Part shown: positions 54,454-54,491 of the stretch, piece after piece
How positions within the stretch are numbered: the first letter of the stretch is position 1
How the letters are laid out: each line of letters starts with the position of its first letter
Assembly (NCBI GenBank): GCA_001823215.1
Contig: MHTV01000042.1
Coordinates: 1-54,491 of the forward strand
Reading direction: 5' to 3'
Origin: Candidatus Wildermuthbacteria bacterium RIFCSPHIGHO2_02_FULL_45_25
Lineage (GTDB): Bacteria; Patescibacteriota; Minisyncoccia; Minisyncoccales; UBA10102
DNA length: 54,491 nucleotides
Notes under the pieces: model-generated
The model's input: only the letters and a program-made list of their open reading frames with translations
What the model was told of the DNA's origin: nothing
Databases searched by the model: none
Translations under genes and position numbers: made by a program

Positions 54454-54491
54454 CGGCGGCTTTTTGTTATGCTCGTTTCAGATTGTAGAGT

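Noticed and set aside
1-54491. Looked for CRISPR arrays, rRNA or tRNA genes, transposases, integrases and prophage structural genes.
   Set aside because: No regularly spaced direct repeats, no tRNA-like cloverleaf signatures (GGTTCGAATCC-type T-arms) in the intergenic regions I read, and no recombinase motifs were found. Absence is by eye only and should be confirmed with tRNAscan-SE, Infernal or minced.

Overview
This 54.5-kb window is gene-dense bacterial DNA read with the standard genetic code, and most genes lie on the minus strand. No rRNA, tRNA, CRISPR array, transposase or integrase was seen. The gene content suggests an uncultivated small-genome, Patescibacteria/CPR-like bacterium: many signal-anchored hypothetical proteins with S/P/T linkers, PolX, TldD/PmbA and orphan wHTH regulators. 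That assignment is inference only.

Recognisable housekeeping genes:
- Cell wall and repair: murC, a PAP2 phosphatase, a Pif1/RecD-like helicase, tag, thpR, an amidase_3, polX.
- Translation and nucleoid: fmt, efp, a CBS-HPF fusion, ybaB.
- Other: a ROK kinase, pmbA/tldD, a HIT protein, an SDR, znuABC-like transporter genes, a BaiN-like flavoprotein.

Two stretches are visibly AT-richer than their surroundings and look accessory:
- About 13.2-22 kb holds HicAB plus a type III restriction-modification operon. Its mod and res genes are separated by a 396-aa unknown protein and a DUF3800 protein. This is my best candidate for an undescribed defence-type system.
- About 45.4-54.5 kb holds two orphan acyl carrier proteins, an Sfp-type PPTase, an acyl-adenylate ligase, patatin, an MFS transporter, a GT2, an epimerase/reductase and a truncated second adenylating enzyme.

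Signals not explained by coding features:
- A three-copy interspersed element has a conserved structured core sitting in the loop of long, copy-specific inverted repeats. A similar but empty 52-nt perfect palindrome lies upstream of znuA.
- Two orphan promoter-to-terminator units have no credible ORF.
- Two tandem ATP-grasp paralogs share a roughly 190-nt near-identical tract, and each is frameshifted at a poly-A run.
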